Positions 20,406 to 32,099 of a stretch of 64,000 bases of DNA are shown piece after piece (positions within the stretch are counted from its first letter, which is position 1; the number at the start of each line of letters is the position of its first letter). The translations under genes and the position numbers were made by a program. The notes beneath the pieces are model-generated. The model saw only the letters and a program-made list of their open reading frames with translations. It was not told the origin of the DNA and ran no database searches. The stretch is from Carpediemonas membranifera BICM (taxonomy: Eukaryota > Protista > Fornicata): contig JAHDYR010000014.1 in assembly GCA_019828565.1 (NCBI GenBank), forward strand, positions 62,001-126,000, given 5' to 3'.

Positions 20406-23400
20406 ATGTCGTTAACTGTTCAAATTCCTGAGCTTTCTCCTTCAAATCTAACACTAGAGACTCTTGAGGAGTTTGAGCGCCGAGCAACGATTTTTACTAT
20501 ACAAAACCCAAGCATCCCACTGTCCGTCCTCATTGAGGAGTCATTTGCCCTCGAACTCAAGGCCGAAGGCATAGACACATCCGACAAGAACTACACTCTC
20601 AAGAACTTCACCGAATGGTGTCGCCAGCGGCTCCTTCCCCACTCCATCCTAGCACTCGTCGAAGAGCTCCAAGACCTTCGTTTCCCCATGGTGCCGAGCA
20701 CCGCACGCAACTTCGAAGCTGGCACGAGACTACAAGCGGCAGCATTCCGCAAGCGCATCGAGCTCTACTCCAAGACGCCAGACCCAGAAGGGTTCTTGGA
20801 CCCCATCGACGACAACCCCAATGCCGACGAACTGCTCGCAAGCTTTGATAAGCTGGCTGCACGGCTCTTCCGGGAGTCCCTGAACCCGACAGCATTCCGC
20901 AAGAAGGCACAGACCTTGCTTGCTCTCCACAACGTCAAGACCTTCGAGGACACCGTAGCGGTGGCTCTTAGGGCTGCTAGGGCGTATGACCATGATCAAC
21001 CCCTCTCGCAAACCCCGGCCGGCGGACCCAAGGCCCCGGCCCAGGCCAGGAAGGCCCAGTACCGCCCGGACGCGGCCAAGCGCCCGCCGGCCGACGGACC
21101 CAAGAAGCCGTCGCGCCCCTGTCGTTTCTGTGGCGGTCCCCACATGGACTTCAGATGCGATAAGCACCCCCGCTACAGCGAGAACAACAACGCCGACAGC
21201 GCGTCGACTAACGAGAAGGGCGGGAAGGGTCCACTGACGACCCCCGCTACTGTAAAAGGCAAAACTTACTCGTTCGTTGTAGACACTGGTGCAAGCCGAA
21301 GCTTCATTAGTTCGAAGGCACTACGTACCCTACCCAAGGACACAGTGCAGACCTCTCTCGAGGAAAAGATCAAGGTCACGCTAGGAGACGGACGCTCCCT
21401 CGTGACAGATCAAGCAGTCACATTTAAGGCAGCATTCCCAGCACTAGGTGTCACACCGTTGGAGGTTACATGGAAGTACTACGTACTCCCCGGTGAGTTC
21501 TTCAAGGCTCTCATCGGGTGTGACTTGCTGAGGTCACTCGCACTCATTGGCGATGGCACACTCAACCTTAACCTGCACAAGCTCTCCTCAATTGAGGAGG
21601 ACGAGGACTGGCTGCCGTTCTACCATGAATATCTCACGGAGGACGCAAACATGGCGATAACCGACGACTACTGTGGTGTCCACGTCCCGGAGTCGAAGAT
21701 CCGACCCGAGATTCTCGAGATAATCAACTCATTTGACGATATCTTCGAGGAAGAACTACCCAAGGAAGGGTCTCGACTGGAACCCATGTCGATTGAACTG
21801 ATAGACGAGCGGGCAATTGTACAATGCCGCGCTCGCAGACTCGACCCAGTGACCCAAGGCCTGGTGTCGACAGAGCTAGAACAACTCAGGCGAGACGGGA
21901 TAATCCAGGACTCGACTGGGCCGTACAGCTCGCCGATCGTAGTAGTCAGGCAGGGCCACAAAGGATCGACCAAGATCCGTCTTTGCATTGACTACAAGGA
22001 GTTAAACTCCAAGACAGTGAGGGATAACTTCCCCCTGCCTAACACGCGCGAGTTTGTAGACCGAGCATCAGGCTGCAAATACTTTGCAGGCCTAGACCTC
22101 AGACAAGGCTACTACCAGATGCGGATGCACGAGGAAGATATCCCCAAAACCGCTTTTTGTCACTCCAGACGCATACTGCGAGTTCACCAGATGTCCATTC
22201 GGCCTGATGAACGCCCCGGCGAGATTCCAACGCGCCATGCAGAAGGCGTTCGCCGAGGTCCTCCACAAAGGGGTGGACATCTATCTTGACGACATCTTGA
22301 TTTACGCCAAGACCGAGGCCCAGTTTCTCACCCTGATCAAAACCGTCTTCAGGATCTGTAGAAATTATTCACTGCGCCTTAAAGGCCCGAAGTGCACGAT
22401 AGGCTCAGCCCACGTCGAGGCCGTCGGGTATATTGTCTCGGAGAAGGGGAAACAACTTGCCCCAGAGAAGGTAGAGGCGGTAAACGCCATACCGCTCCCG
22501 TCCACCGCAAAGGAGCTTCAGAGGACACTGGGATCATTCAACTATGTCGCCCAGTTCGTCCCGGACTCATCACGAATCCTCAAACCTCTCAACGAGATGC
22601 TAACGGCACAGGAGAACTCAAAGAACATAACTTGGAACCCCCAAACAAGAAGAGGCGTTTACAACGTTCAAGGAGAGACTCAGCTCAGACACAGTCCTCC
22701 ATTTCCCCGACTTCTCAAAGAAGTGGACCCTCGAGACGGACGCGTCGAACGACGGACTAGGGGGCATTCTGTTCCAAGAAGACGACTCCGGCAACCGAGA
22801 GATCGTCTCGCTCTTCGCAAAGTGTCATACGCCAACCCAGACTAGGTGGCCGACCTACGAACAAGAGCTTCATGCTATCATCTTTTGTCTCACGAGACCT
22901 GACATGGCTCAACTTTTCCGCCTCAAGGACAACATACAGATCCGCACCGACCACCAGAATCTGGTATATCTCATGCAGAGGAAGGAGCTTTCCAAGAAAC
23001 TCCTCAGGTGGACGTCTGTCTTGTCGGACTACAACATTACGATCGAGCATATTGCTGGAGAGACAAACAAGATGGCAGACATGCTGTCGCGTATCCTTCC
23101 CCGAGGGGGACCTCGGGCCGCAGCTGAACCTGCTAGAGGCGGAGGACGCCGGCCCAGGGCTGACCCTTGAGTTGATCCAGGCTGCCCAGGCCATGGCACC
23201 TGGAGTCAACTCGAGTCGGCTGGGAGAAACTAGAGGGAGTATCCATCGAAAACTCGATCTACTTCAAGGACGGAGTGCCGATTATCCCCAAGGGAGAGAC
23301 ACGCGACAAGGCCCTTCGGACCGCTCACCAATTTCATACGGGAGCAAATTCAACGTTCCAAGCACTCGCCACGTCTGCATTTTTGGCCGGGGATGCTCTT

Positions 23401-24523
23401 GGACGTCAAAAAGCACATCAAGACGTGCCCCATTTGTCTGAAGACTCGCATCAAGGACTACTTTATCGCCCAAAAGGGCCAGACAAGACGCACCAGACCA
23501 TGGGAGACAGTGGCAGTCGACACAATTGGCCCTCTCCCAACGGATTCGCTGGGCGCTCGCTACATCATTGTGGCTGTAGACATGTTTACAAGATACACCG
23601 AGCTCGTCGCAGTCGCATCGATCGACGCCGAGACCTCCGCCAGGGCCCTATGGGACCACGTTTTCACGCGACACGGGATACCGGCGGAGATTCTGTCCGA
23701 CGGCGGCCCGGAGTACGCGAACTCGATAGTTGAACAACTCACAACGTCATTGAAAGTCGCACACCACTTCACCATCCCGTTTCATCCACAGAGCAATGGT
23801 CTCGTGGAGAGAAGGAATGCGGAGATTGGAAGACACCTACGGTGGCTTGTCCTGGCAATAGCCTACAAAGACCAGTGGTGCGGACTCCTACCGACGGTCC
23901 AGATGATTATCAACGGCACGACACATACGGCCACGAAGTTCTCCTCGCACGAGCTGATATTTGGCCATGAGCACAACATGTTTACAAGCTGGTGGACGAA
24001 CGACAACAACTCTCCGATCAGAGATTTCCCAGAGTTCAAAAAGGACCTGGAGCTGGCCCTTAACGCCCTGGAGACCACTGCCAGAGAGAGTGTGGGCCCG
24101 GGCCAAAAGACAATAGTCAACACCGAACTGAAGCCGGGTGACTACGTCCTCTGGAAAGATGAGGCCCCTCAGAAGCTAGACGCGCGCAACAGGGGCCCAT
24201 GGAAGGTACACGATGTACTTGATAATAACAGAATAGTCCTGCAGTCGATACTCGACGGATCGACCAGATCAACCCACATTGAAAAACTCATGATGTTCGA
24301 CACGGATGCCGTAACGGACACGATGATGCTTCAACTTGCAAGCTTCGACCAGAAAAAATGGGAGGTAGAGCGAGTAGTATCGGTAGACTGGAAAGAAGGG
24401 ACAGCCGCCATCAAGTGGGTAGGATTCGAAAACATAACGGAAGAACCACTCTCGGGAGTGAAACACCTCGAGGAGATGAAGAGGTTGGCCCGTAAGGCGA
24501 GGAAGAACCTGAAACTCTACTAA
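20406..24523 (+). CDS. Element C1 gag-pol polyprotein (~1370 aa after correcting five +1 indels)
   Basis: CRFCGGPHMDFRC knuckle, VDTGAS protease, YLDD RT, ETDAS RNase H, HQFH...CPIC, VDTIGP / SDGGPEY / ERRNAE integrase, WEVERVV...KWVGF chromodomain. Frame breaks at 22154, 22638, 23099, 23202 and 23380. Confidence 0.92.
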
Positions 24524-24567
24524 CCATCTTTTTCCCCCGTTCCTTGCAGGTTGGGGGTTTTCTCATC

Positions 24568-24581
24568 AAAAAGGGAGGTAG
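24568..24581 (+). other. Element C1 polypurine tract AAAAAGGGAGGTAG
   Basis: Immediately 5' of the 3' LTR. Confidence 0.88.
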
Positions 24582-24663
24582 TGTCACCGGTCTATAAACT
24601 GCTCCGTCCAGTTTTGACCACTTTTACCCCGCTGCGGTTTACTGTAAATGATTTCAACCGACA
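24582..24663 (+). repeat. Element C1 3' LTR (82 bp)
   Basis: Identical to 20303..20384. Confidence 0.96.
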
Positions 24664-24667
24664 CACC

Positions 24668-25001
24668 AGTTGCATGATGGCCGTGACCGCTGACTGCGCG
24701 GTGCAATCGGGCGTGGGAACTAGCTCCACGAACCGGGAGAAGCAGTCAACGGCGGCTAGGATGTGACGGAAACCGTGTTCTTCCGGGAACGGGCCAATAA
24801 AGTCCACAGCCCAGGTGTGCATGGGGTACGGTGCCATTGTGGGCTGGCGAGGGAGGTCTACACTGACCTTGGCGCGCTGTCGCGTGAGCTGGCACACCGG
24901 GCATGTACGGACTAGGGGCTTGACGTGTTTCTCGATCGCCTTGCGGGCAAACGAAGGTAGCTGGGCGGCGATCCGATCCGTCGTGATGCGGGTGCCCATG
25001 T
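24668..25001 (-). CDS. Element B pol, middle segment: integrase zinc finger to first catalytic Asp region
   Basis: MGTRITTDRI...CPVCQ...HTWAVDFIGPFP...VDCFSRF...IMQL; joins in frame to both neighbouring B segments. Confidence 0.92.
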
Positions 25002-25083
25002 TGTCGGTTGAAATCATTTACAGTAAACCGCAGCGGGGTAAAAGTGGTCAAAACTGGACGGAGCAGTTTATAGACCGGTGACA
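25002..25083 (-). repeat. Element C2 3' LTR (82 bp)
   Basis: Reverse complement of the C1 LTR; adjacent PPT at 25084..25097. Confidence 0.96.
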
Positions 25084-25141
25084 CTACCTCCCTTTTTGAT
25101 GAGAAAACCCCCAACCTGCAAGGAACGGGGGAAAAAGATGG

Positions 25142-28100
25142 TTAGTAGAGTTTCAGGTTCTTCCTCGCCTTACGGGCCAACCTCTTCATCTCCTCGAGGT
25201 GTTTCACTCCCGAGAGTGGTTCTTCCGTTATGTTTTCGAATCCTACCCACTTGATGGCGGCTGTCCCTTCTTTCCAGTCTACCGATACTACTCGCTCTAC
25301 CTCCCATTTTTTTCTGGTCGAAGCTTGCAAGTTGAAGCATCATCGTGTCCGTTACGGCATCCGTGTCGAACATCATGAGTTTTTCAATGTGGGTTGATCT
25401 GGTCGATCCGTCGAGTATCGACTGCAGGACTATTCTGTTATTATCAAGTACATCGTGTACCTTCCATGGGCCCCTGTTGCGCGCGTCTAGCTTCTGAGGG
25501 GCCTCATCTTTCCAGAGGACGTAGTCACCCGGCTTCAGTTCGGTGTTGACTATTGTCTTTTGGCCCGGGCCCACACTCTCTCTGGCAGTGGTCTCCAGGG
25601 CGTTAAGGGCCAGCTCCAGGTCCTTTTTGAACTCTGGGAAATCTCTGATCGGAGAGTTGTTGTCGTTCGTCCACCAGCTTGTAAACATGTTGTGCTCATG
25701 GCCAAATATCAGCTCGTGCGGGGAGAACTTCGTGGCCGTATGTGTCGTGCCGTTGATAATCATCTGGACCGTCGGTAGGAGTCCGCACCACTGGTCTTTG
25801 TAGGCTATTGCCAGGACAAGCCACCGTAGGTGTCTTCCAATCTCCGCATTCCTTCTCTCCACGAGACCATTGCTCTGTGGATGAAACGGGATGGTGAAGT
25901 GGTGTGCGACTTTCAATGACGTTGTGAGTTGTTCAACTATCGAGTTCGCGTACTCCGGGCCGCCGTCGGACAGAATCTCCGCCGGTATCCCGTGTCGCGT
26001 GAAAACGTGGTCCCATAGGGCCCTGGCGGAGGTCTCGGCGTCGATCGATGCGACTGCGACGAGCTCGGTGTATCTTGTAAACATGTCTACAGCCACAATG
26101 ATGTAGCGAGCGCCCAGCGAATCCGTTGGGAGAGGGCCAATTGTGTCGACTGCCACTGTCTCCCATGGTCTGGTGCGTCTTGTCTGGCCCTTTTGGGCGA
26201 TAAAGTAGTCCTTGATGCGAGTCTTCAGACAAATGGGGCACGTCTTGATGTGCTTTTTGACGTCCAAGAGCATCCCCGGCCAAAAATGCAGACGTGGCGA
26301 GTGCTTGGAACGTTGAATTTGCTCCCGTATGAAATTGGTGAGCGGTCCGAAGGGCCTTGTCGCGTGTCTCTCCCCTTGGGGATAATCGGCACTCCGTCCT
26401 TGAAGTAGATCGAGTTTTCGATGGATACTCCCTCTAGTTTCTCCCAGCCGACTCGAGTTGACTCAGGTGCCATGGCCTGGGCAGCCTGGATCAACTCAAG
26501 GGTCAGCTCCCTGGGCCGGCGTCCTCCGCCTCTAGCAGGTTCAGCTGCGGCCCGAGGTCCCCCTCGGGGAAGGATACGCGACAGCATGTCTGCCATCTTG
26601 TTTGTCTCTCCAGCAATATGCTCGATCGTAATGTTGTAGTCCGACAAGACAGACGTCCACCTGAGGAGTTTCTTGGAAAGCTCCTTCCTCTGCATGAGAT
26701 ATACCAGATTCTGGTGGTCGGTGCGGATCTGTATGTTGTCCTTGAGGCGGAAAAGTTGAGCCATGTCAGGTCTCGTGAGACAAAAGATGATAGCATGAAG
26801 CTCTTGTTCGTAGGTCGGCCACCTAGTCTGGGTTGGCGTATGACACTTTGCGAAGAGCGAGACGATCTCTCGGTTGCCGGAGTCGTCTTCTTGGAACAGA
26901 ATGCCCCCTAGTCCGTCGTTCGACGCGTCCGTCTCGAGGGTCCACTTCTTTGAGAAGTCGGGGAAATGGAGGACTGTGTCTGAGCTGAGTCTCTCCTTGA
27001 ACGTTGTAAACGCCTCTTCTTGTTTGGGGGTTCCAAGTTATGTTCTTTGAGTTCTCCTGTGCCGTTAGCATCTCGTTGAGAGGTTTGAGGATTCGTGATG
27101 AGTCCGGGACGAACTGGGCGACATAGTTGAATGATCCCAGTGTCCTCTGAAGCTCCTTTGCGGTGGACGGGAGCGGTATGGCGTTTACCGCCTCTACCTT
27201 CTCTGGGGCAAGTTGTTTCCCCTTCTCCGAGACAATATACCCGACGGCCTCGACGTGGGCTGAGCCTATCGTGCACTTCGGGCCTTTAAGGCGCAGTGAA
27301 TAATTTCTACAGATCCTGAAGACGGTTTTGATCAGGGTGAGAAACTGGGCCTCGGTCTTGGCGTAAATCAAGATGTCGTCAAGATAGATGTCCACCCCTT
27401 TGTGGAGGACCTCGGCGAACGCCTTCTGCATGGCGCGTTGGAATCTCGCCGGGGCGTTCATCAGGCCGAATGGACATCTGGTGAACTCGCAGTATGCGTC
27501 TGGAGTGACAAAAGCGGTTTTGGGGATATCTTCCTCGTGCATCCGCATCTGGTAGTAGCCTTGTCTGAGGTCTAGGCCTGCAAAGTATTTGCAGCCTGAT
27601 GCTCGGTCTACAAACTCGCGCGTGTTAGGCAGGGGGAAGTTATCCCTCACTGTCTTGGAGTTTAACTCCTTGTAGTCAATGCAAAGACGGATCTTGGTCG
27701 ATCCTTTGTGGCCCTGCCTGACTACTACGATCGGCGAGCTGTACGGCCCAGTCGAGTCCTGGATTATCCCGTCTCGCCTGAGTTGTTCTAGCTCTGTCGA
27801 CACCAGGCCTTGGGTCACTGGGTCGAGTCTGCGAGCGCGGCATTGTACAATTGCCCGCTCGTCTATCAGTTCAATCGACATGGGTTCCAGTCGAGACCCT
27901 TCCTTGGGTAGTTCTTCCTCGAAGATATCGTCAAATGAGTTGATTATCTCGAGAATCTCGGGTCGGATCTTCGACTCCGGGACGTGGACACCACAGTAGT
28001 CGTCGGTTATCGCCATGTTTGCGTCCTCCGTGAGATATTCATGGTAGAACGGCAGCCAGTCCTCGTCCTCCTCAATTGAGGAGAGCTTGTGCAGGTTAAG

Positions 28101-29261
28101 GTTGAGTGTGCCATCGCCAATGAGTGCGAGTGACCTCAGCAAGTCACACCCGATGAGAGCCTTGAAGAACTCACCGGGGAGTACGTAGTACTTCCATGTA
28201 ACCTCCAACGGTGTGACACCTAGTGCTGGGAATGCTGCCTTAAATGTGACTGCTTGATCTGTCACGAGGGAGCGTCCGTCTCCTAGCGTGACCTTGATCT
28301 TTTCCTCGAGAGAGGTCTGCACTGTGTCCTTGGGTAGGGTACGTAGTGCCTTCGAACTAATGAAGCTTCGGCTTGCACCAGTGTCTACAACGAACGAGTA
28401 AGTTTTGCCTTTTACAGTAGCGGGGGTCGTCAGTGGACCCTTCCCGCCCTTCTCGTTAGTCGACGCGCTGTCGGCGTTGTTGTTCTCGCTGTAGCGGGGG
28501 TGCTTATCGCATCTGAAGTCCATGTGGGGACCGCCACAGAAACGACAGGGGCGCGACGGCTTCTTGGGTCCGTCGGCCGGCGGGCGCTTGGCCGCGTCCG
28601 GGCGGTACTGGGCCTTCCTGGCCTGGGCCGGGGCCTTGGGTCCGCCGGCCGGGGTTTGCGAGAGGGGTTGATCATGGTCATACGCCCTAGCAGCCCTAAG
28701 AGCCACCGCTACGGTGTCCTCGAAGGTCTTGACGTTGTGGAGAGCAAGCAAGGTCTGTGCCTTCTTGCGGAATGCTGTCGGGTTCAGGGACTCCCGGAAG
28801 AGCCGTGCAGCCAGCTTATCAAAGCTTGCGAGCAGTTCGTCGGCATTGGGGTTGTCGTCGATGGGGTCCAAGAACCCTTCTGGGTCTGGCGTCTTGGAGT
28901 AGAGCTCGATGCGCTTGCGGAATGCTGCCGCTTGTAGTCTCGTGCCAGCTTCGAAGTTGCGTGCGGTGCTCGGCACCATGGGGAAACGAAGGTCTTGGAG
29001 CTCTTCGACGAGTGCTAGGATGGAGTGGGGAAGGAGCCGCTGGCGACACCATTCGGTGAAGTTCTTGAGAGTGTAGTTCTTGTCGGATGTGTCTATGCCT
29101 TCGGCCTTGAGTTCGAGGGCAAATGACTCCTCAATGAGGACGGACAGTGGGATGCTTGGGTTTTGTATAGTAAAAATCGTTGCTCGGCGCTCAAACTCCT
29201 CAAGAGTCTCTAGTGTTAGATTTGAAGGAGAAAGCTCAGGAATTTGAACAGTTAACGACAT
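25142..29261 (-). CDS. Element C2 gag-pol polyprotein (frameshifted by small indels)
   Basis: The 814-aa ORF shows gag-PR-RT in one frame; RH, IN and chromodomain follow in shifted frames. Confidence 0.92.
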
Positions 29262-29271
29262 CAGCACAGCT

Positions 29272-29283
29272 AATACTAGTATT
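29272..29283. other. 12-bp perfect palindrome AATACTAGTATT at the PBS position of C2
   Basis: Directly seen. Confidence 0.9.
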
Positions 29284-29364
29284 GTCGGTTGAAATCATTT
29301 ACAGTAAACCGCAGCGGGGTAAAAGTGGTCAAAACTGGACGGAGCAGTTTATAGACCGGTGACA
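29283..29364 (-). repeat. Element C2 5' LTR (82 bp)
   Basis: Identical to the other C LTRs. Confidence 0.96.
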
Positions 29365-29368
29365 ATGT

Positions 29369-31963
29369 GTCCAACACGGGCGTTGTGGCACTTGCCAAAA
29401 AGCTGCCGTACCTGGTGGGTAATGTCCACCGGGGATGCCACGCGCTGTGAGCGAATCGTCAGGCATCTGGAAAGGCAATCGGCCACCTCGTTGTTGACTC
29501 CGGCGATGTGACGGACCGTGAAGTCGTATTCGGAGAGGCGAAGGCGCCAGCGGACGAGCTTAGGCGTAGTGGTGGACTCAAGATAGGTCAAATTCCGATG
29601 GTCCGTCTCGACAACGAAGGGGTGCCCTAGGATGAAATGCTCGAAGCTGATGATGGCATGGAACACGCCAAAGAGCTCCTGTTCGATGGTGCTCCAGCGT
29701 TGCTCGGCCTCAGTGAAACGGTGGGAGGTGTAGGCGATGACTTGTTCCTCACCGTCCTTCTCCTGCAGGAGAACACCGCCGCAACCGGCGGTGGAGGCGT
29801 CGGTACGCACGATGAGCGTCCGGGAGTAGTCGGGGTACGCGAGGATCGGTCGGCGCATGATGAGGCGCTTCACTTCCTCGAAGGCCTGCTGTTGGGCTTT
29901 TGCCCCAGACGAACGGCACTTTTGCCTTGGTGAGGTCGACGATGGGCGCCAGGACCGATGCGTAGTTCGGAATAAATTCCCGCAGGTAGTTAGTCATACC
30001 CGTGAATGAGCGCACCGCCGCGACCGACGAAGGGGGCTTCATCGCGACGATAGCAGCGACGCGCTCCGGTGATGTGCGGATGCCTTTCTTCGAGATGAGG
30101 TGTCCCACGTACTCTACCTCGGTCTTCGCGAACTGGCACTTGTCACGACCCAGACGGAACTGGTGTTGCTGGAGGCGGTCGAATACGGCGCGCGTGTTGC
30201 GATCCAGCTCTTCCTGGGTGTCCCCATGGATGATCACGTCGTCTAGGTATACCTCACAGATGCGACCGACGAGTCCGTTGAGCACAGACATCATCATACG
30301 TTGGAAAAAGGAAGGGGCACAACGTAGACCGAAAGGGAGACGGCAGAACTCAAACAGGCCAGCGGGCGTCGCGAATGCCGTGAGAGGACGGGAGGCCGGG
30401 TCCACCGGAACCTGGTGATATCCGCTGACCAGGTCAATCGTCGTGTAGTAGTTATGGCCGGCGAGCCTACGATGCAGCTCAGCCGGGTTGCTTAGCGGGT
30501 ACTGCAGGGGGACCGTTTTCTCGTTCAGGCGCCGGTAGTCAATTACCATGCGACGCTTGCCCCCGCGCTTCGGCACTGTGAAGGCGGGGGGAGGCGAAAG
30601 GCGAGGTCGAGGGTTGGATAATGCCTCTGGCGAGGAGCCCATCTACCTCTGCCTTGACGGCCTCAGCTAGGGCGGGCGACATACGGCGCGGTGGAAACGG
30701 GGCGACGTCGGTGTCGGATAGGTCAATGTGGAAAGGCTCAACACCGATGACACCAGGCAGTTCAGAAGCGAACAGGTCCGGGTAGTCCTGGATCAGCGGA
30801 TGAGCGATCTCGGCTGGTGCACGATCGTCAGGCAGGGGCACCGGGGTGGCCTCAACGAACTCTGCCTCGGCGCGCGGGGCGAGCAGGTCGGGCAACAAAC
30901 CCACGGCGCGTATCGTGGGCACGCCGATGATTAGCTCTCCGGCGGAAGGGAGGACGAAGAACTCCGCCGTGACCTCCACTGGACGCTCGAGCTGCAGTGT
31001 GATAGTCACGGGACGGGTCGTATACTCCGCGGTAATAGTGCCGTTGGCCGTCTCGAGCGGGACGTGGGCCTCGAAGAGACGCAGGTGCATCTCCTCGGCA
31101 AGCGCTGGAGGGATGAAGTTAAGGCTGGCACCGGTATCAAGCAAGGCGGTGCGAGGGACGTGGTCAGAGAAATGGAGGCTCACATGAGGGCTGCTGTTGT
31201 TGGTGTGGGCGGCCAACTTAGCAGTGAGGTTGAGCGCTTGGCGACGGATGCCATGCGCGAAGAAGCCGGGGTGATCCCGGTGAGGGCACTCGGGCCGTAC
31301 ATGACCTGTGAGGCCACAACCGTGGCAGATGAGCTCCGACTTCGGCCGGCGATCGACGGTAGGGGCGGTCGGCTCAGCCTTGGCCTTGATGGGCGGAGGG
31401 CGCCGGGGCGGCATGTCGAGGCGGGGCTCGTCGCGGAAAGATTCGCTCTGCGCGCGGATGGAGACTATGTCATCGAGCTCTGTGATGGCCGCCTCACAGG
31501 CCTCAGCGAAGGTCTCGGGGCTAACGATCTTGAGGCGAGTCTTGAGGGCCGAGGGGAGCGAGGCAGTGAAGAGCTTCCGCGTCTGTTGATCGATGGGGCG
31601 AGTGTTATCATCACATAGCGCGAGGGTCTTATGGTAAGTGTCTATGTGGGCTAAGAGGGCCGGCGGCTCGAGGGAGCGCAGGCGGAGGCGCTGGATAGAC
31701 TGGTAAGCTTCAACTTGTGTATGAAACTTGAAGAACTCGGTCGCGATAGTGTCGAAGAGGTCGCCGTCGGGGATATCGTCGATAGGGACGCGGAGGCGCA
31801 CGAGGCGCGTGACAGATGGGCTAAGGAAGGTTGCAAGGGGAGGTAGTTGGAGATTGAGGGCTCTCGCTTGAACTTGGTAGTGATCGACGTCGTCCTGGAA
31901 GGTGAAGAAGGCAGAACGCGTAAGCGATCGCAAATACGGGATGGTGATGCCAAAAGACTGCAT
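29369..31963 (-). CDS. Element B gag-pol, first segment: gag, protease, RT, RNase H, start of integrase
   Basis: CHGCGLTGHVRPEC, LLDTGAS, RMVIDYRRLN, LPFGL, YLDD, TDASTAGCGG, ETDHRNL, CHNARVGH; +1 frame breaks at 30586-30591 and 29898-29901. Confidence 0.93.
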
Positions 31964-31965
31964 GT

Positions 31966-31977
31966 AGTATCGATACT
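31966..31977. other. 12-bp perfect palindrome AGTATCGATACT at the PBS position of B
   Basis: Directly seen; starts at the LTR terminal A (minus strand); the gag ATG follows 2 nt later. Confidence 0.9.
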
Positions 31978-32095
31978 GTGCTTGGTTTGGCCTTGAAGGG
32001 AACTTTCCAATTAATGGATGAGAACTGATTTACTCCTGGAAACCGCAGTGGTGAAAATGGTCAAAAACCAAAACCTTAAACTGCGCCTCACCACA
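31977..32095 (-). repeat. Element B 5' LTR (119 bp)
   Basis: Identical to 19301..19419. Confidence 0.96.
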
Positions 32096-32099
32096 AGCT

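Larger units (their letters stand above)
20303..24663 (+). mobile_element. Element C copy 1: Ty3/gypsy chromodomain LTR retrotransposon (4361 bp); TSD CACC
   Basis: Identical 82-bp TGTC...GACA LTRs; CACC at 20299-20302 and 24664-24667; complete gag-PR-RT-RH-IN-chromodomain. Confidence 0.97.
25002..29364 (-). mobile_element. Element C copy 2 (4363 bp), inverted relative to C1; TSD ATGT
   Basis: 82-bp LTRs at 25002..25083 and 29283..29364; ATGT at 24998-25001 and 29365-29368; near-identical to C1. Confidence 0.97.
19301..32095 (-). mobile_element. Element B: Ty3/gypsy chromodomain LTR retrotransposon, 4063 bp after removing the two C insertions; TSD AGCT
   Basis: Identical 119-bp TG...CA LTRs at both ends; AGCT at 19297-19300 and 32096-32099; domain order gag(CCHC)-PR(LDTGAS)-RT(YLDD)-RH(TDAS)-IN(HHCC, DDE)-chromodomain. 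Confidence 0.96.

Noticed and set aside
20303-29364. Inverted C1/C2 pair as a fold-back assembly artefact
   Set aside because: Each copy has its own TSD, and the interrupted B integrase is restored in frame across both sites.
20303-29364. 82-bp repeats as CRISPR repeats or DNA-transposon TIRs
   Set aside because: They are TG...CA direct repeats flanking gag-pol with a PPT and TSDs, i.e. LTRs.
22638-29901. Programmed +1 frameshift between RT and RNase H (C1, C2 and B all break frame just after the same conserved Trp)
   Set aside because: It is one of many extra-base indels, nearly all in homopolymers (five in C1, six sites in C2, two in B), several shared by C1 and C2 at unrelated positions. 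This fits uncorrected long-read errors in repeats; accurate reads would settle it.
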